A stretch of DNA of 64,000 nucleotides from Ruminococcaceae bacterium UBA6434 (lineage in GTDB: Bacteria > Bacillota > Clostridia > Oscillospirales > Acutalibacteraceae). The position numbers were made by a program, and so were the translations under genes. The notes beneath the pieces were generated by a model, which was given only the letters and a program-made list of their open reading frames with translations, did no database searches and had not been told where the DNA came from. The stretch is from the NCBI GenBank assembly GCA_002437245.1, contig DJOQ01000010.1:6419-70418 (forward strand), in the 5' to 3' direction. Of the stretch, positions 36,860-45,909 are shown piece after piece; the stretch's first letter is position 1; every line of letters begins with the position of its first letter.

Positions 36860-37521
36860 TATTTTTCTGCGCCCTCCGTCTTGCCCGAAGCTTCTTTTTC
36901 CGTTTTCGCATCAGAGGCGACGGTAGCGCCGCTGTTTTCGTTGTCGGCGTTTGTGATCACCTTGAAAGCGGTCATGAACATAATTTTGATGTCAAGCAAA
37001 AGTGACATATGGTCAACGTACCAGACGTTAAGCTCAATTCTTTTGTGCCACTCGACGTCCTTCCTGCCGTGAACCTGCGCCCATCCGGTTATACCGGGCC
37101 GCACCTCGAACATACGCTTTTGAAAATCGGTGTACTCCTCATATTTCCACGGGTGATATGTAAGCGGAGGCCGAGGTCCCACAAAGCTCATTTCGCCTTT
37201 TAAAATATTTAAAAGCTGCGGCAGTTCGTCTATACTCGCAGCACGCAAAATTTTGCCTATCTTTGTAACTCTGGCATCGCCTTTTCCGGAGTAGACGCCC
37301 GAACCGGTTTTTTCCGCTCCGACGCACATCGAACGGAATTTGTATATTTCAAAAACCTTTCCGTTTCTGCCTATTCTTTTTTGGCGGAAAATAACGGGTC
37401 CGCGACTGTCGATTTTTATAAGCAGCGAGACCGCAAGCATAAGAGGTGAAAGTAAAACAAGCCCTAAAAATGACACAATTATGTCAAAAAATCTTTTTAC
37501 AACTCCGTAAACGCCTCTCAC
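36859..37521 (-). CDS. Initiating polyprenyl-phosphate sugar-phosphate transferase (small PglC/WbaP-C-type bacterial sugar transferase)
   Basis: KRFFDIIVSFLGLVLLSPLML...GPVIFRQKRIGRNGKVFEIYKFRSM...DELPQL...VGPRP. GTG start. It is the first gene of the locus. Confidence 0.9.
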   Translation of the reverse strand: MRGVYGVVKRFFDIIVSFLGLVLLSPLMLAVSLLIKIDSRGPVIFRQKRIGRNGKVFEIYKFRSMCVGAEKTGSGVYSGKGDARVTKIGKILRAASIDELPQLLNILKGEMSFVGPRPPLTYHPWKYEEYTDFQKRMFEVRPGITGWAQVHGRKDVEWHKRIELNVWYVDHMSLLLDIKIMFMTAFKVITNADNENSGATVASDAKTEKEASGKTEGAEK

Positions 37522-37611
37522 TTGCCGACACCCTCAAAAAACAGTCTTATTATCTAATTTATTATATACTTATACCTTAAATATGTCAATTAAAACAGGC
37601 GATTGTAAACA

Positions 37612-37661
37612 TTTGTAAAGAAAACAGCGGCCGACACGGTAAAAACGATGTCGGTCGCTGT
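37612..37661 (-). terminator. Rho-independent terminator after cysS
   Basis: ACAGCGGCCGACA...TGTCGGTCGCTGT stem with U-rich tails on both strands. Confidence 0.65.
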
Positions 37662-37680
37662 TTTTTAAATCATGTCGATA

Positions 37681-39078
37681 TTATTTTTTGTGCCATTTAA
37701 CGCCGTTCGGAGTATCCTCCAAAACTATACCCATAGCGGCTATCTCGTCACGTATGCTGTCAGCCTTTGCAAAGTCCTTTGCTTTTCTCGCGGCAGTTCT
37801 TGCGGCTATGAGCTCCTCCACCTTACCGTCAAGGTCGTTGTCCTTTTTCTCATACACAAGACCGAGTACGCCCGTAAGCTCCGAAAACAGTTCTTTCGCA
37901 AATGTCAAAAGCTCTTTGGACGAAGTGGGTATTACATTTGAGTTTATATCTCTGACAAGCTCAAATACCGCTGAAAGTCCGTCGGCGGTGTTGAGGTCGT
38001 CGTCCATAACCTCTATAAAGCGCTCCTTGTGTGAGAGGAGGCTCTTTTTGATTTCCTCGGCGTTTTCGGGGAGAACATCCTCTGCATTTTGAAGAGCGAA
38101 ATCAAGAGAGTCGCGGCAGGTATAGAGCCTTTGAAGTGACGCCTTGCACTGCTCTATAATGTCCACGCTGTAATTTATCGGACTTCTGTACTGAGAAGAA
38201 ATCATAAGATAGCGTATCGGCTCATATCCGTATTTTTCGGCAACGTCGCGAACGGTAAAGAAATTGCCGAGCGACTTTGACATCTTGACATTGTCAACGT
38301 TTATATAGCCGTTATGCATCCAGTAATGGGCAAAGGGAACGCCGTTGCAGCACTCGCTCTGCGCTATTTCGTTCTCGTGGTGCGGGAAAATAAGGTCCTG
38401 ACCGCCGCAGTGTATATCAATGGTCTTGCCGAGAAAACGTCTTACCATAGCGGAGCACTCAATGTGCCAACCGGGTCTGCCCTTGCCCCAAGGCGACTCC
38501 CAATACGGCTCGCCGGGCTTTGCACCCTTCCAGAGGGCAAAGTCCATAGGTTCCCTCTTCAGCTCTTCGATGTTTATACGCGCGCCTGCTTCAAGGTCCT
38601 CAAGCGGCTGATGGGAGAGCTTGCCGTATTCTTTAAACTTGGACGGGCTGAAGTAGACATCGCCGTTTGAAACGGGATAAGCATAGCCCTTTTCGATAAG
38701 AGTCGAAATAATGTCGATTATTTCATCGATATTTTCGGTGGCTCTCGGGTGGAATGTGGCTTCGCGCACATTCATGCCCTTTGTGTCGATCCAGTATTCT
38801 TTTATATATTTTTCGGACACGGTTTTGTAATCGGTGCCCTCTTCAATGGCTCTTTTGATTATTTTGTCGTCGATGTCGGTAAAATTCTGAACGAACGTCA
38901 CCTTGTAGCCGCGGTATTCAAGGTAGCGGCGGAATGTATCGAAAACACAGAGAGGGCGTGCGTTTCCTATATGAATGTAGTTGTAAACGGTGGGGCCGCA
39001 GGCATAAATTTTGACTTCACCCGGAGTTATGGTTTTAAGCTCCTCTTTTTTTCGGGACATCGTGTTATATATCTTCAT
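37681..39078 (-). CDS. cysS: Cysteine--tRNA ligase
   Basis: MKIYNTMSRKKEEL...YACGPTVYNYIHIGNAR (HIGH) and KMSKSLGN (KMSKS). The start at 39078 overlaps the cysE end by 14 nt. Confidence 0.95.
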   Translation of the reverse strand: MKIYNTMSRKKEELKTITPGEVKIYACGPTVYNYIHIGNARPLCVFDTFRRYLEYRGYKVTFVQNFTDIDDKIIKRAIEEGTDYKTVSEKYIKEYWIDTKGMNVREATFHPRATENIDEIIDIISTLIEKGYAYPVSNGDVYFSPSKFKEYGKLSHQPLEDLEAGARINIEELKREPMDFALWKGAKPGEPYWESPWGKGRPGWHIECSAMVRRFLGKTIDIHCGGQDLIFPHHENEIAQSECCNGVPFAHYWMHNGYINVDNVKMSKSLGNFFTVRDVAEKYGYEPIRYLMISSQYRSPINYSVDIIEQCKASLQRLYTCRDSLDFALQNAEDVLPENAEEIKKSLLSHKERFIEVMDDDLNTADGLSAVFELVRDINSNVIPTSSKELLTFAKELFSELTGVLGLVYEKKDNDLDGKVEELIAARTAARKAKDFAKADSIRDEIAAMGIVLEDTPNGVKWHKK

Positions 39079-39745
39079 CTTCGTAATTCCTTTCGTTTTG
39101 CTCTTCATATTCGGCTTTTTTATATTTTTTCAGCTCTTTTTCAAGCTGTGTTATACGGTGCGACATTCTGCAAAGTTCTTGTGATACAGGGTCGGGAATA
39201 TGAACCTGATCGAGACAATCGACACGCACACCCTTATGCTTTACGACTCTTGCCGGAACGCCCACGGCGGTGCAGTCCGGAGGGATTTCCTCAAGCACCA
39301 CGGCGCCTGCCGCTATATTTGTATTGTCGCCCACCTTAAAGGGGCCGAGCACCTTTGCGCCGGCGCCTATGAGCACGTTATTTCCTATGGTGGGATGCCT
39401 TTTGCCGGTATCCTTGCCGGTACCGCCGAGCGTTACTCCCTGATACAGCGTTACGTCGTCGCCTATTTCCGTGGTTTCTCCTATTACCACTCCAGTGCCG
39501 TGGTCAATAAAAAAGCGTCTGCCGATTTTTGCCGCCGGGTGTATTTCTATCCCCGTCTTTTTGGCGGCTCGCTGAGAAATATATCTGCCGAGGAATTTCA
39601 TATTATGATTCCAGCACCAGTAGGCTCTCCTGTGCATTCTGATGGCTTTAAGCCCCGGGTACAAAAGCAGTATCTGTATGGTCGAGGTCGCCGCCGGGTC
39701 GCGGTCCTTAACCGACTGTATGTCTTCTTTCAAGCGGTCAAACAT
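39065..39745 (-). CDS. cysE: Serine O-acetyltransferase
   Basis: DRDPAATS...IEIHPAAKIGRRFFIDHGTGVVIGETT hexapeptide repeats. The ATG at 39745 lies 7 nt after GGGAGGTG. Confidence 0.95.
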   Translation of the reverse strand: MFDRLKEDIQSVKDRDPAATSTIQILLLYPGLKAIRMHRRAYWCWNHNMKFLGRYISQRAAKKTGIEIHPAAKIGRRFFIDHGTGVVIGETTEIGDDVTLYQGVTLGGTGKDTGKRHPTIGNNVLIGAGAKVLGPFKVGDNTNIAAGAVVLEEIPPDCTAVGVPARVVKHKGVRVDCLDQVHIPDPVSQELCRMSHRITQLEKELKKYKKAEYEEQNERNYEDEDI

Positions 39746-39761
39746 TTTAAACACCTCCCGC

Positions 39762-39995
39762 AAAAAAATTTAAAGCCCCCGCAGGAAAAATATCCTGCGA
39801 AGGCGCAAATACGCGGTTCCACTTCGTTTTATAACTCATTATCCTTAACGCGGAAAACGTGCGAAGATACTGTCTTTCCCTTCGCCTGCTCACGGACGCA
39901 CTTCGCAACACGCATCTTTAAGGGCATTTCAGCACGAGTGCCCTCTCTCTTAAAAGTGCGTAACATTGCTACTCTTTTCGATCAAAGCATTTTTA
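39762..39995 (-). promoter_or_regulatory. T-box riboswitch leader (probable Cys specifier) with an intrinsic terminator
   Basis: Minus strand: GA/AGUA motif, AGAGAG box, T-box core AAGTGGAACCGCG (39812..39825), and terminator GCCTTCGCAGGA/TCCTGCGGGGGC plus a T-run (39762..39806). Several UGC triplets occur on the 3' side of stem I. An extended -10 TGATACAAT lies at ~40007..40015. Confidence 0.8.
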
Positions 39996-40037
39996 CATCT
40001 CAATATATTGTATCACATTTTTTGTGTTTTGCACCAA

Positions 40038-40640
40038 TTATTTTGAATAATCGATAACATTTTTACTGTCCTTTAAGTAAATAGCGCCGGAAACAACGGT
40101 GAGAGCGGCGGTTATCCAAAGCAGTAAATTTGAAATATGCGGCAAAGTAAACCATGTGTTCGCCGCGGAGAAAACCTCTTTTGAAAACGAGGTTTTCAAA
40201 ATGTAATCCGTCTCGCAAAGGAGCATTATAATAATGGTAAACGTCATCTGGCTTACGGTTTTTGCCTTGCCCCACATATTCGCCGGAATTACGACTCCGT
40301 CGGCGGCGGCTATCATTCTTACGGACGCAACGGCAAATTCCCTCGCAAGAACTATCATAACTATCCAGATATTGCAAAGCCCCATAGACATAAACGCAAG
40401 CAGCGCGGAGGTAGTGAGTATTTTATCGGCTATCGGGTCAACCAGTTTTCCGAAATTCGTCACCTGACCGTTTTTTCTCGCAAGGTGACCGTCAACGGCG
40501 TCCGTTATCGCTCCGGCGGCGTAAATTGCCGTTGCGATAAGGAAGCGGTGCGGCAGCGACTCCCAAAGTATTGCGGCAAGGAAAAACGGCGTTAATATTA
40601 TTCTGGCAATGGTCAGTTTATTGGGCAAATTCATCTTCAT
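40038..40640 (-). CDS. pgsA: CDP-diacylglycerol--glycerol-3-phosphate 3-phosphatidyltransferase
   Basis: DAVDGHLARKNGQVTNFGKLVDPIADK CDP-alcohol phosphatidyltransferase motif. ATGA overlap with rimO. Confidence 0.9.
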   Translation of the reverse strand: MKMNLPNKLTIARIILTPFFLAAILWESLPHRFLIATAIYAAGAITDAVDGHLARKNGQVTNFGKLVDPIADKILTTSALLAFMSMGLCNIWIVMIVLAREFAVASVRMIAAADGVVIPANMWGKAKTVSQMTFTIIIMLLCETDYILKTSFSKEVFSAANTWFTLPHISNLLLWITAALTVVSGAIYLKDSKNVIDYSK

Positions 40641-41974
40641 ATAACTTCTCCGATCAGATCGTATTCATTTACGTCGAATATTTCCACATCCACGAAGTCG
40701 CCCTCATTAAGCTCATATCCGCAGGTAAAGCTTACCGTGCCGTCAATTTCCGGAGCGTCACGCCACGTTCTGCCGTAATAACTGTCCGTATAGCCGTCAT
40801 AGCCCTCAACAACACAACGCATGGTCTTGCCTATATTGTCGTGATTCAGCTTTTCAAATATTTTGTACTGCTGCTCCATTATGATTTCGCCGCGTTTTTT
40901 TCTGACTTCCTCATCCACCTGATCGGGGAATTCGGCAGCGGGCGTGCCCTCCTCCCGAGAGTAGGCAAAGCAGCCGAGCCTGTCGAATTTTATTTCATTT
41001 ACAAATTCGGAAAGCTCCGAGAATTGCTCTTCGGTCTCGCCGGGGAAGCCGGTTATAAGCGTTGTACGAAGCACAACACCGGGTATCTTTTTTCTGATTT
41101 TGGCTATAAGAGCAGTCAGCTCCTCGCGCGAGCCGCGGCGGTTCATACGTCTTAAAATATCCGAATTGCAGTGCTGAATAGGAATGTCCATATAATTTAC
41201 GACCTTGTCGTTGTTTGCAAAGGCGTCGATTATTTCGTCGCTGAGCCTTTCGGGATAGAGATATAAAACTCTTATCCACTCTAAGCCCTCGATTTTTGAA
41301 AGCGAAGTCAAAAGTGCCGGCAGAGCGCATTTTCCGAAGAGGTCCTCACCGTAACGGGTGGTGTCCTGCGCCACAACTATAAGCTCTTTAACGCCGCCTG
41401 CAACAAGAGCTTCGGCTTCTTCCAAAATGCTCTCGGGCGTGCGGCTTCTGTATTTTCCGCGTATCGACGGTATCGCGCAATAGGTGCAGTTATTGGAGCA
41501 GCCCTCGCCTATCTTGATATAAGCATAGTAAGACGGCGTTGTGAGCATACGCTTGCCGTCAAGCGGCAAACAGGTTTTTTCACCGAAGGTTTTAAGCTCC
41601 TCTTCGCCGCCGCAGACCTTTTCGCAGACTTCGCATATATCGGAATTTGAGCCTATACCGACAACGGCGTCGACCTCGGGAATTTCCGACAGCACTTCGT
41701 CCTTGTATCTTTCCGCAAGGCAGCCCGTAACCACTATTTTGCGTATTACGCCCTCTTTTTTCAGTTCGACCATATCAAGTATATTTTCAATGGCTTCTTT
41801 TTTTGCGTCCTCGATAAACCCGCAGGTATTAACTATAACCACATCAGCTCCGTCAACGTCATTCGTTATCTCGAATCCGTTATCCGCAAGCTTAGACAGC
41901 ATAATTTCGCCGTCCACCTGATTTTTGGGACAGCCGAGAGATATCATACCGACTTTTTTACTCATAAAATTCAC
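40637..41974 (-). CDS. rimO: Ribosomal protein S12 methylthiotransferase
   Basis: ISLGCPKNQVD N-terminus, radical-SAM CSNNCTYCAIP and a C-terminal TRAM domain. Confidence 0.9.
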   Translation of the reverse strand: MNFMSKKVGMISLGCPKNQVDGEIMLSKLADNGFEITNDVDGADVVIVNTCGFIEDAKKEAIENILDMVELKKEGVIRKIVVTGCLAERYKDEVLSEIPEVDAVVGIGSNSDICEVCEKVCGGEEELKTFGEKTCLPLDGKRMLTTPSYYAYIKIGEGCSNNCTYCAIPSIRGKYRSRTPESILEEAEALVAGGVKELIVVAQDTTRYGEDLFGKCALPALLTSLSKIEGLEWIRVLYLYPERLSDEIIDAFANNDKVVNYMDIPIQHCNSDILRRMNRRGSREELTALIAKIRKKIPGVVLRTTLITGFPGETEEQFSELSEFVNEIKFDRLGCFAYSREEGTPAAEFPDQVDEEVRKKRGEIIMEQQYKIFEKLNHDNIGKTMRCVVEGYDGYTDSYYGRTWRDAPEIDGTVSFTCGYELNEGDFVDVEIFDVNEYDLIGEVI

Positions 41975-41995
41975 ACATAGCCTTTCACGCTGTAA

Positions 41996-42604
41996 TCACT
42001 CCGATTCGTTTTCGACGCTCTCAAACGCCGCTCGTATGTCGGAATACGAATAACCGAGGCGCAAAAGGGCGTTTTTGGTTCTCAATATACCCTTTTCGTC
42101 GCCGAGATTACCCCTATACTTGGTTTGCAACAATAATATAATACGATTTAAATCGTCTTTGTCAAGTCTTTCTGCGGCTTCTTCGGCTAAAGTTCGGTCT
42201 ATGCCTCTTCGCATAAGTTCCTGCTTTATGCGGCCTATGCCGTATTTACGGTGCATATAAAGCTCCTGTGCCAGCATATCCGCAAAGTCCTCGTCATTTA
42301 TAAGCCCGAGATTTTCGAGCTTGTCGGCAGCGTTCTCGGCGCACTCCCTCGGGTACTTCTGCATAAGCTTTCTCACGAGTTCCGCCTTGCCGTGCGCCCG
42401 ACGTGACAGAAGCTCGGCACCATTTAAAAAAGCGCGACGGGAGTTCACGGACAATGTTAAGTCCGCGAGCTCCTCGTCGTTAATTTCATTCACTTTATGC
42501 CATTTTTCGGAAAACCAAAACGTATCATCGACGGTAAGGGTGTATTCGTCGTCCACGAATATATGTATTTTTCCCTGCCTGCCGTCTTTAAAGCTCAGTT
42601 TCAT
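41996..42604 (-). CDS. recX: Recombination regulator RecX
   Basis: About 200 aa of helical repeats ([13 protein letters not shown]...). It lies immediately downstream of recA with an ATGA overlap. Confidence 0.8.
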   Translation of the reverse strand: MKLSFKDGRQGKIHIFVDDEYTLTVDDTFWFSEKWHKVNEINDEELADLTLSVNSRRAFLNGAELLSRRAHGKAELVRKLMQKYPRECAENAADKLENLGLINDEDFADMLAQELYMHRKYGIGRIKQELMRRGIDRTLAEEAAERLDKDDLNRIILLLQTKYRGNLGDEKGILRTKNALLRLGYSYSDIRAAFESVENESE

Positions 42605-43725
42605 TCGTCGTCATCCACCGCCACGTCGATTTTGGCTCTTGCCGCGGTCTTGGTGGTCTTTACGGGGCGGTAAGCTATGGGCGCATCATCGTCGGCGGCA
42701 CCTTTGGCGTCGGATTTTTTCTCATCGCCGGCACCGTGCTCCTCAGCCATCTTTTCGCGAATCTGCTTCTCGATTTCGTCGGAGAGCGCCTTGTCGTTTT
42801 TAAAGAGATTTTTAACATTGTCTCTGCCCTGGCCGAGTCTTGTCTCGCCGTAAGAGAACCACGCGCCGCTCTTTTTGATAATACCGTAGTTAACGCCGAG
42901 GTCAACTATCTCGCCGACTTTTGAAATACCCTCGCCGTACATAATGTCAAATTCGGCGGTTTTGAAGGGCGGAGCCACCTTGTTTTTAACTATTTTTGCC
43001 CTTGTTCTCGAACCGATAAATTCTCCGCCTGCGCCCTTGAGCTGCTCTATACGTCTTACGTCAACACGTATGGAGGCGTAGAATTTAAGCGCTCTGCCGC
43101 CCGTGGTGACCTCGGGATTGCCGTAGACCACGCCGACCTTTTCACGGAGCTGATTTATAAATATTATTATGGTATTTGATTTTGAAATAACGCCTGCAAG
43201 CTTACGCAGAGCCTGCGACATAAGTCTCGCCTGAAGACCCACATGGCTGTCGCCCATATCGCCGTCTATTTCCGCGCGCGGAACAAGAGCCGCTACGGAG
43301 TCAACTATTATTACGTCAAGCGCACCCGAACGTGCCAGCGCCTCGACTATTTCGAGCGCCTGCTCGCCGTTGTCGGGCTGCGATACCAAAAGGGAATCGA
43401 CATCTACGCCGAGATTTTTTGCATATACCGGGTCAAGAGCGTGCTCCGCGTCAACAAACGCCGCCTCGCCGCCGAGCTTTTGCGCCTCTGCCACAACGTG
43501 CAGCGCAAGTGTGGTCTTACCCGACGACTCGGGACCGTAAACCTCTATTATCCTGCCGCGCGGGAAACCGCCTATTCCGGTAGCACAATCAAGAGTTATG
43601 GAGCCTGTCGAAATAGCCTCGACATTGAGCGCGTTATTATCTCCGAGACGCATAATGGTTCCGGAGCCGTATTTTTTCTCAAGCTGAAGTATGGCTGTAT
43701 CAAGCGCTTTACTTTTATCGGACAT
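42601..43725 (-). CDS. recA: Recombinase RecA
   Basis: [15 protein letters not shown]...[16 protein letters not shown]...; the ATG at 43725 follows GAGAGGT. Acidic C-terminal tail. Confidence 0.97.
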   Translation of the reverse strand: MSDKSKALDTAILQLEKKYGSGTIMRLGDNNALNVEAISTGSITLDCATGIGGFPRGRIIEVYGPESSGKTTLALHVVAEAQKLGGEAAFVDAEHALDPVYAKNLGVDVDSLLVSQPDNGEQALEIVEALARSGALDVIIVDSVAALVPRAEIDGDMGDSHVGLQARLMSQALRKLAGVISKSNTIIIFINQLREKVGVVYGNPEVTTGGRALKFYASIRVDVRRIEQLKGAGGEFIGSRTRAKIVKNKVAPPFKTAEFDIMYGEGISKVGEIVDLGVNYGIIKKSGAWFSYGETRLGQGRDNVKNLFKNDKALSDEIEKQIREKMAEEHGAGDEKKSDAKGAADDDAPIAYRPVKTTKTAARAKIDVAVDDDE

Positions 43726-43833
43726 CTTAAAATTACCTCTCAATCGTACAAATGTTCGTTTGACGTCATTATATAATATCGACGTCAAAAAAGCAAGAGA
43801 TTTTTATAAAAATAGTTAATTTTGAAAAAACGC

Positions 43834-43862
43834 TTGCATTTTACGTTGCATTCTGTTAGAAT
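43834..43862 (+). promoter_or_regulatory. SigA-type promoter of rpmB
   Basis: TTGCAT, 17 nt, then TAGAAT. Confidence 0.55.
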
Positions 43863-43898
43863 ACTGTTTGCTAATCATTAAAGGAGGTGCTCTTCGTT

Positions 43899-44087
43899 AT
43901 GGCAAAATGTGAATTCTGCGGTAAAGACGTAGCTTTCGGAATTAAAGTTTCTCACTCACACAGACGTTCCAACAGAACCTGGAAGCCAAACGTAAAAAAA
44001 GTTAAGGCTATCGTAAACGGCTCTCCTAAAAGAGTTTATGCTTGCACTCGTTGCCTTCGTTCAGGCAAGGTCACAAGAGCTGTCTGA
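43899..44087 (+). CDS. rpmB: 50S ribosomal protein L28
   Basis: MAKCEFCGK...SHSHRRSNRTWKPNV; AAGGAGGTG RBS. Confidence 0.95.
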   Translation: MAKCEFCGKDVAFGIKVSHSHRRSNRTWKPNVKKVKAIVNGSPKRVYACTRCLRSGKVTRAV

Positions 44088-44124
44088 GGCATAAAGCAAA
44101 CTTTATACGGACGAAAAATTACGA

Positions 44125-44156
44125 CGCTTTCCGGGTTACCGGGGAGCGCTTTTTCG
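44125..44156 (+). terminator. Probable terminator after rpmB
   Basis: CGCTTTCCGG/CCGGGGAGCG stem (two G-U pairs) followed by CTTTTT. Confidence 0.45.
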
Positions 44157-44190
44157 TTTCCGGAAACATTTTAAATCCGAGGTGCAACCT

Positions 44191-44901
44191 ATGAAAAAAC
44201 TTTTAAGCCTTGTCAGAGCCGCCGTTGACCGCTACAACATGATAGACGAGGGCGATAAAATTGCCGTGGGCGTTTCGGGCGGCAAGGATTCGCTTGCCCT
44301 TTTGTATGCTCTCGCGCGGCTTCGCTTTTTTTACCCGAAGCACTTTGACATTATCGCAATAACGCTTGACTACCGTTTCGGGAACGAGGATGGCGACTTC
44401 ACCGAAATACAAAAGCTCTGCGACAGTCTCGATGTTAAATACGTTGTAAAAAAGACCGACCTTTGGGACGTCATATTCAATATCCGCCGCGAAAAAAATC
44501 CGTGCAGTCTCTGCGCCAAAATGCGCCGCGGTATTCTTCACGACACCGCCAAGGAATACGGCTGTAACAAAATCGCCCTCGGGCACCACCTTGACGACGC
44601 CGCGGAAACATTTATGATGAATCTTTTAAACGGCGGCACGATAAAATGCTTTTCGCCCGTCTCATATCTTTCGAGGAAAGAGCTGTATTTAATACGCCCT
44701 TTGATATTTGCCTACGAAAAAGACGTAAAGCGTGCGGCGGCGAGCCTTAACCTGCCGATAGTTAAAAGCAAGTGCCCGGCGGACGGGGTAACGGAGCGGC
44801 AAAACACAAAAGAGCTGCTCTTGTCTCTCGAAAAAAAATATCCGGCTCTGCGCGAAAAAATAGTCGGCGCAATGCAGCGCAGCGGAGTCAGCGGTTGGTA
44901 A
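44191..44901 (+). CDS. ttcA: TtcA-family PP-loop tRNA thiolase (tRNA 2-thiocytidine synthase-like)
   Basis: VGVSGGKDSLAL PP-loop, NPCSLCAKMRRG, HHLDD. GAGGTG RBS before the ATG at 44191. Confidence 0.85.
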   Translation: MKKLLSLVRAAVDRYNMIDEGDKIAVGVSGGKDSLALLYALARLRFFYPKHFDIIAITLDYRFGNEDGDFTEIQKLCDSLDVKYVVKKTDLWDVIFNIRREKNPCSLCAKMRRGILHDTAKEYGCNKIALGHHLDDAAETFMMNLLNGGTIKCFSPVSYLSRKELYLIRPLIFAYEKDVKRAAASLNLPIVKSKCPADGVTERQNTKELLLSLEKKYPALREKIVGAMQRSGVSGW

Positions 44902-45048
44902 GCTGAAAGGTGTTGTACTTACATACTTGTATGCGAAAAACGGTCAGCGGCCGGTAAAAACGCCAAAACGCGAAAAAGTGTTGTATTTACATACTTATAA
45001 TGGTATTATTTACTTATTAAATAATACCCGATTACGGAGGAATCTTTT

Positions 45049-45909
45049 ATGCAGGAAATTCTTAACCGCCCAGCAATAAAAGCCGAGGCAAAAAAGTTTA
45101 TAGGTCAAAACGCCCGTTGGTGGAAAATGACGCTCGCAACAATTCTTTTATATCTTCTCAGCGGCGGAATTTCGATTTATGTAAACATAGCAGGGTTAAT
45201 AGGTAACGACGACCCATCGACAACGGTCGGTTATTCAAGCAGTATAATCACGCTGTTGCTCATACCGTTTACCATAGCTGCGTCAGGCTATTACCTCAAC
45301 CATATACGCGGCTTTAATCCCGAGTGGAAAAGCCTCTACAAGGAGGGTATAGATAACTACGGCTCATATTTCGTAACGGGATTACTTGTAAACATTTTTA
45401 CTTCTCTTTGGACCCTTTTGTTTATAGTTCCCGGCATAGTAAAAGCCATAGCTTACTCACAAGCCAAATATGTTATTCATGACAATCCGCGCCTTAAAGG
45501 CAAAGAGGCTATCGAAATAAGCAAGAGAATGACAAACGGCTTCAAGGGCAAGCTCTTTTCGATGTACCTCAGCTTTATAGGCTGGTATATCTTAGTCGGT
45601 CTTACGGGCGGAATACTCGCTGTATATGTTGCTCCTTATGTTGAGACGACATCCGCCATGTACTATGAAAACCTCAAGAAATATTCCATCGACAACGGCA
45701 TCATAGCTCCAGAGGCATTCGGCATAGTTCCCTTTACAGCCGACAGCGCACAGGACGGAAACAATAATTCTCAGAGCTTTTCCGCAGCAAACAATTCATA
45801 TTCTTCCTCCGAGGGAAGCGGCGACCCCTATAAGGCTGCCGGCATAAATCCCGAAGATACCTTTAAGCCCGGAGAGCCGGACTCAGACAATACGAAAGGT
45901 GAAAACTAA
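45049..45909 (+). CDS. DUF975-family integral membrane protein
   Basis: RPAIKAEAKKFIGQN...W N-terminus, 4-5 TM segments, and a low-complexity C-terminal tail. The family assignment is from memory. Confidence 0.65.
   Translation: MQEILNRPAIKAEAKKFIGQNARWWKMTLATILLYLLSGGISIYVNIAGLIGNDDPSTTVGYSSSIITLLLIPFTIAASGYYLNHIRGFNPEWKSLYKEGIDNYGSYFVTGLLVNIFTSLWTLLFIVPGIVKAIAYSQAKYVIHDNPRLKGKEAIEISKRMTNGFKGKLFSMYLSFIGWYILVGLTGGILAVYVAPYVETTSAMYYENLKKYSIDNGIIAPEAFGIVPFTADSAQDGNNNSQSFSAANNSYSSSEGSGDPYKAAGINPEDTFKPGEPDSDNTKGEN

Noticed and set aside
39200-40057. 285-aa plus-strand ORF spanning cysE antisense and the intergenic region.
   Set aside because: It covers the antisense of cysE and the T-box leader. 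The region is fully explained by those minus-strand features.
44902-45048. SAM-I (S-box) or T-box riboswitch upstream of the metY-containing operon.
   Set aside because: No conserved S-box helices or junction motifs, and no T-box core sequence, are present. Only the direct repeats and a short AT-rich hairpin were found, and those are reported separately.
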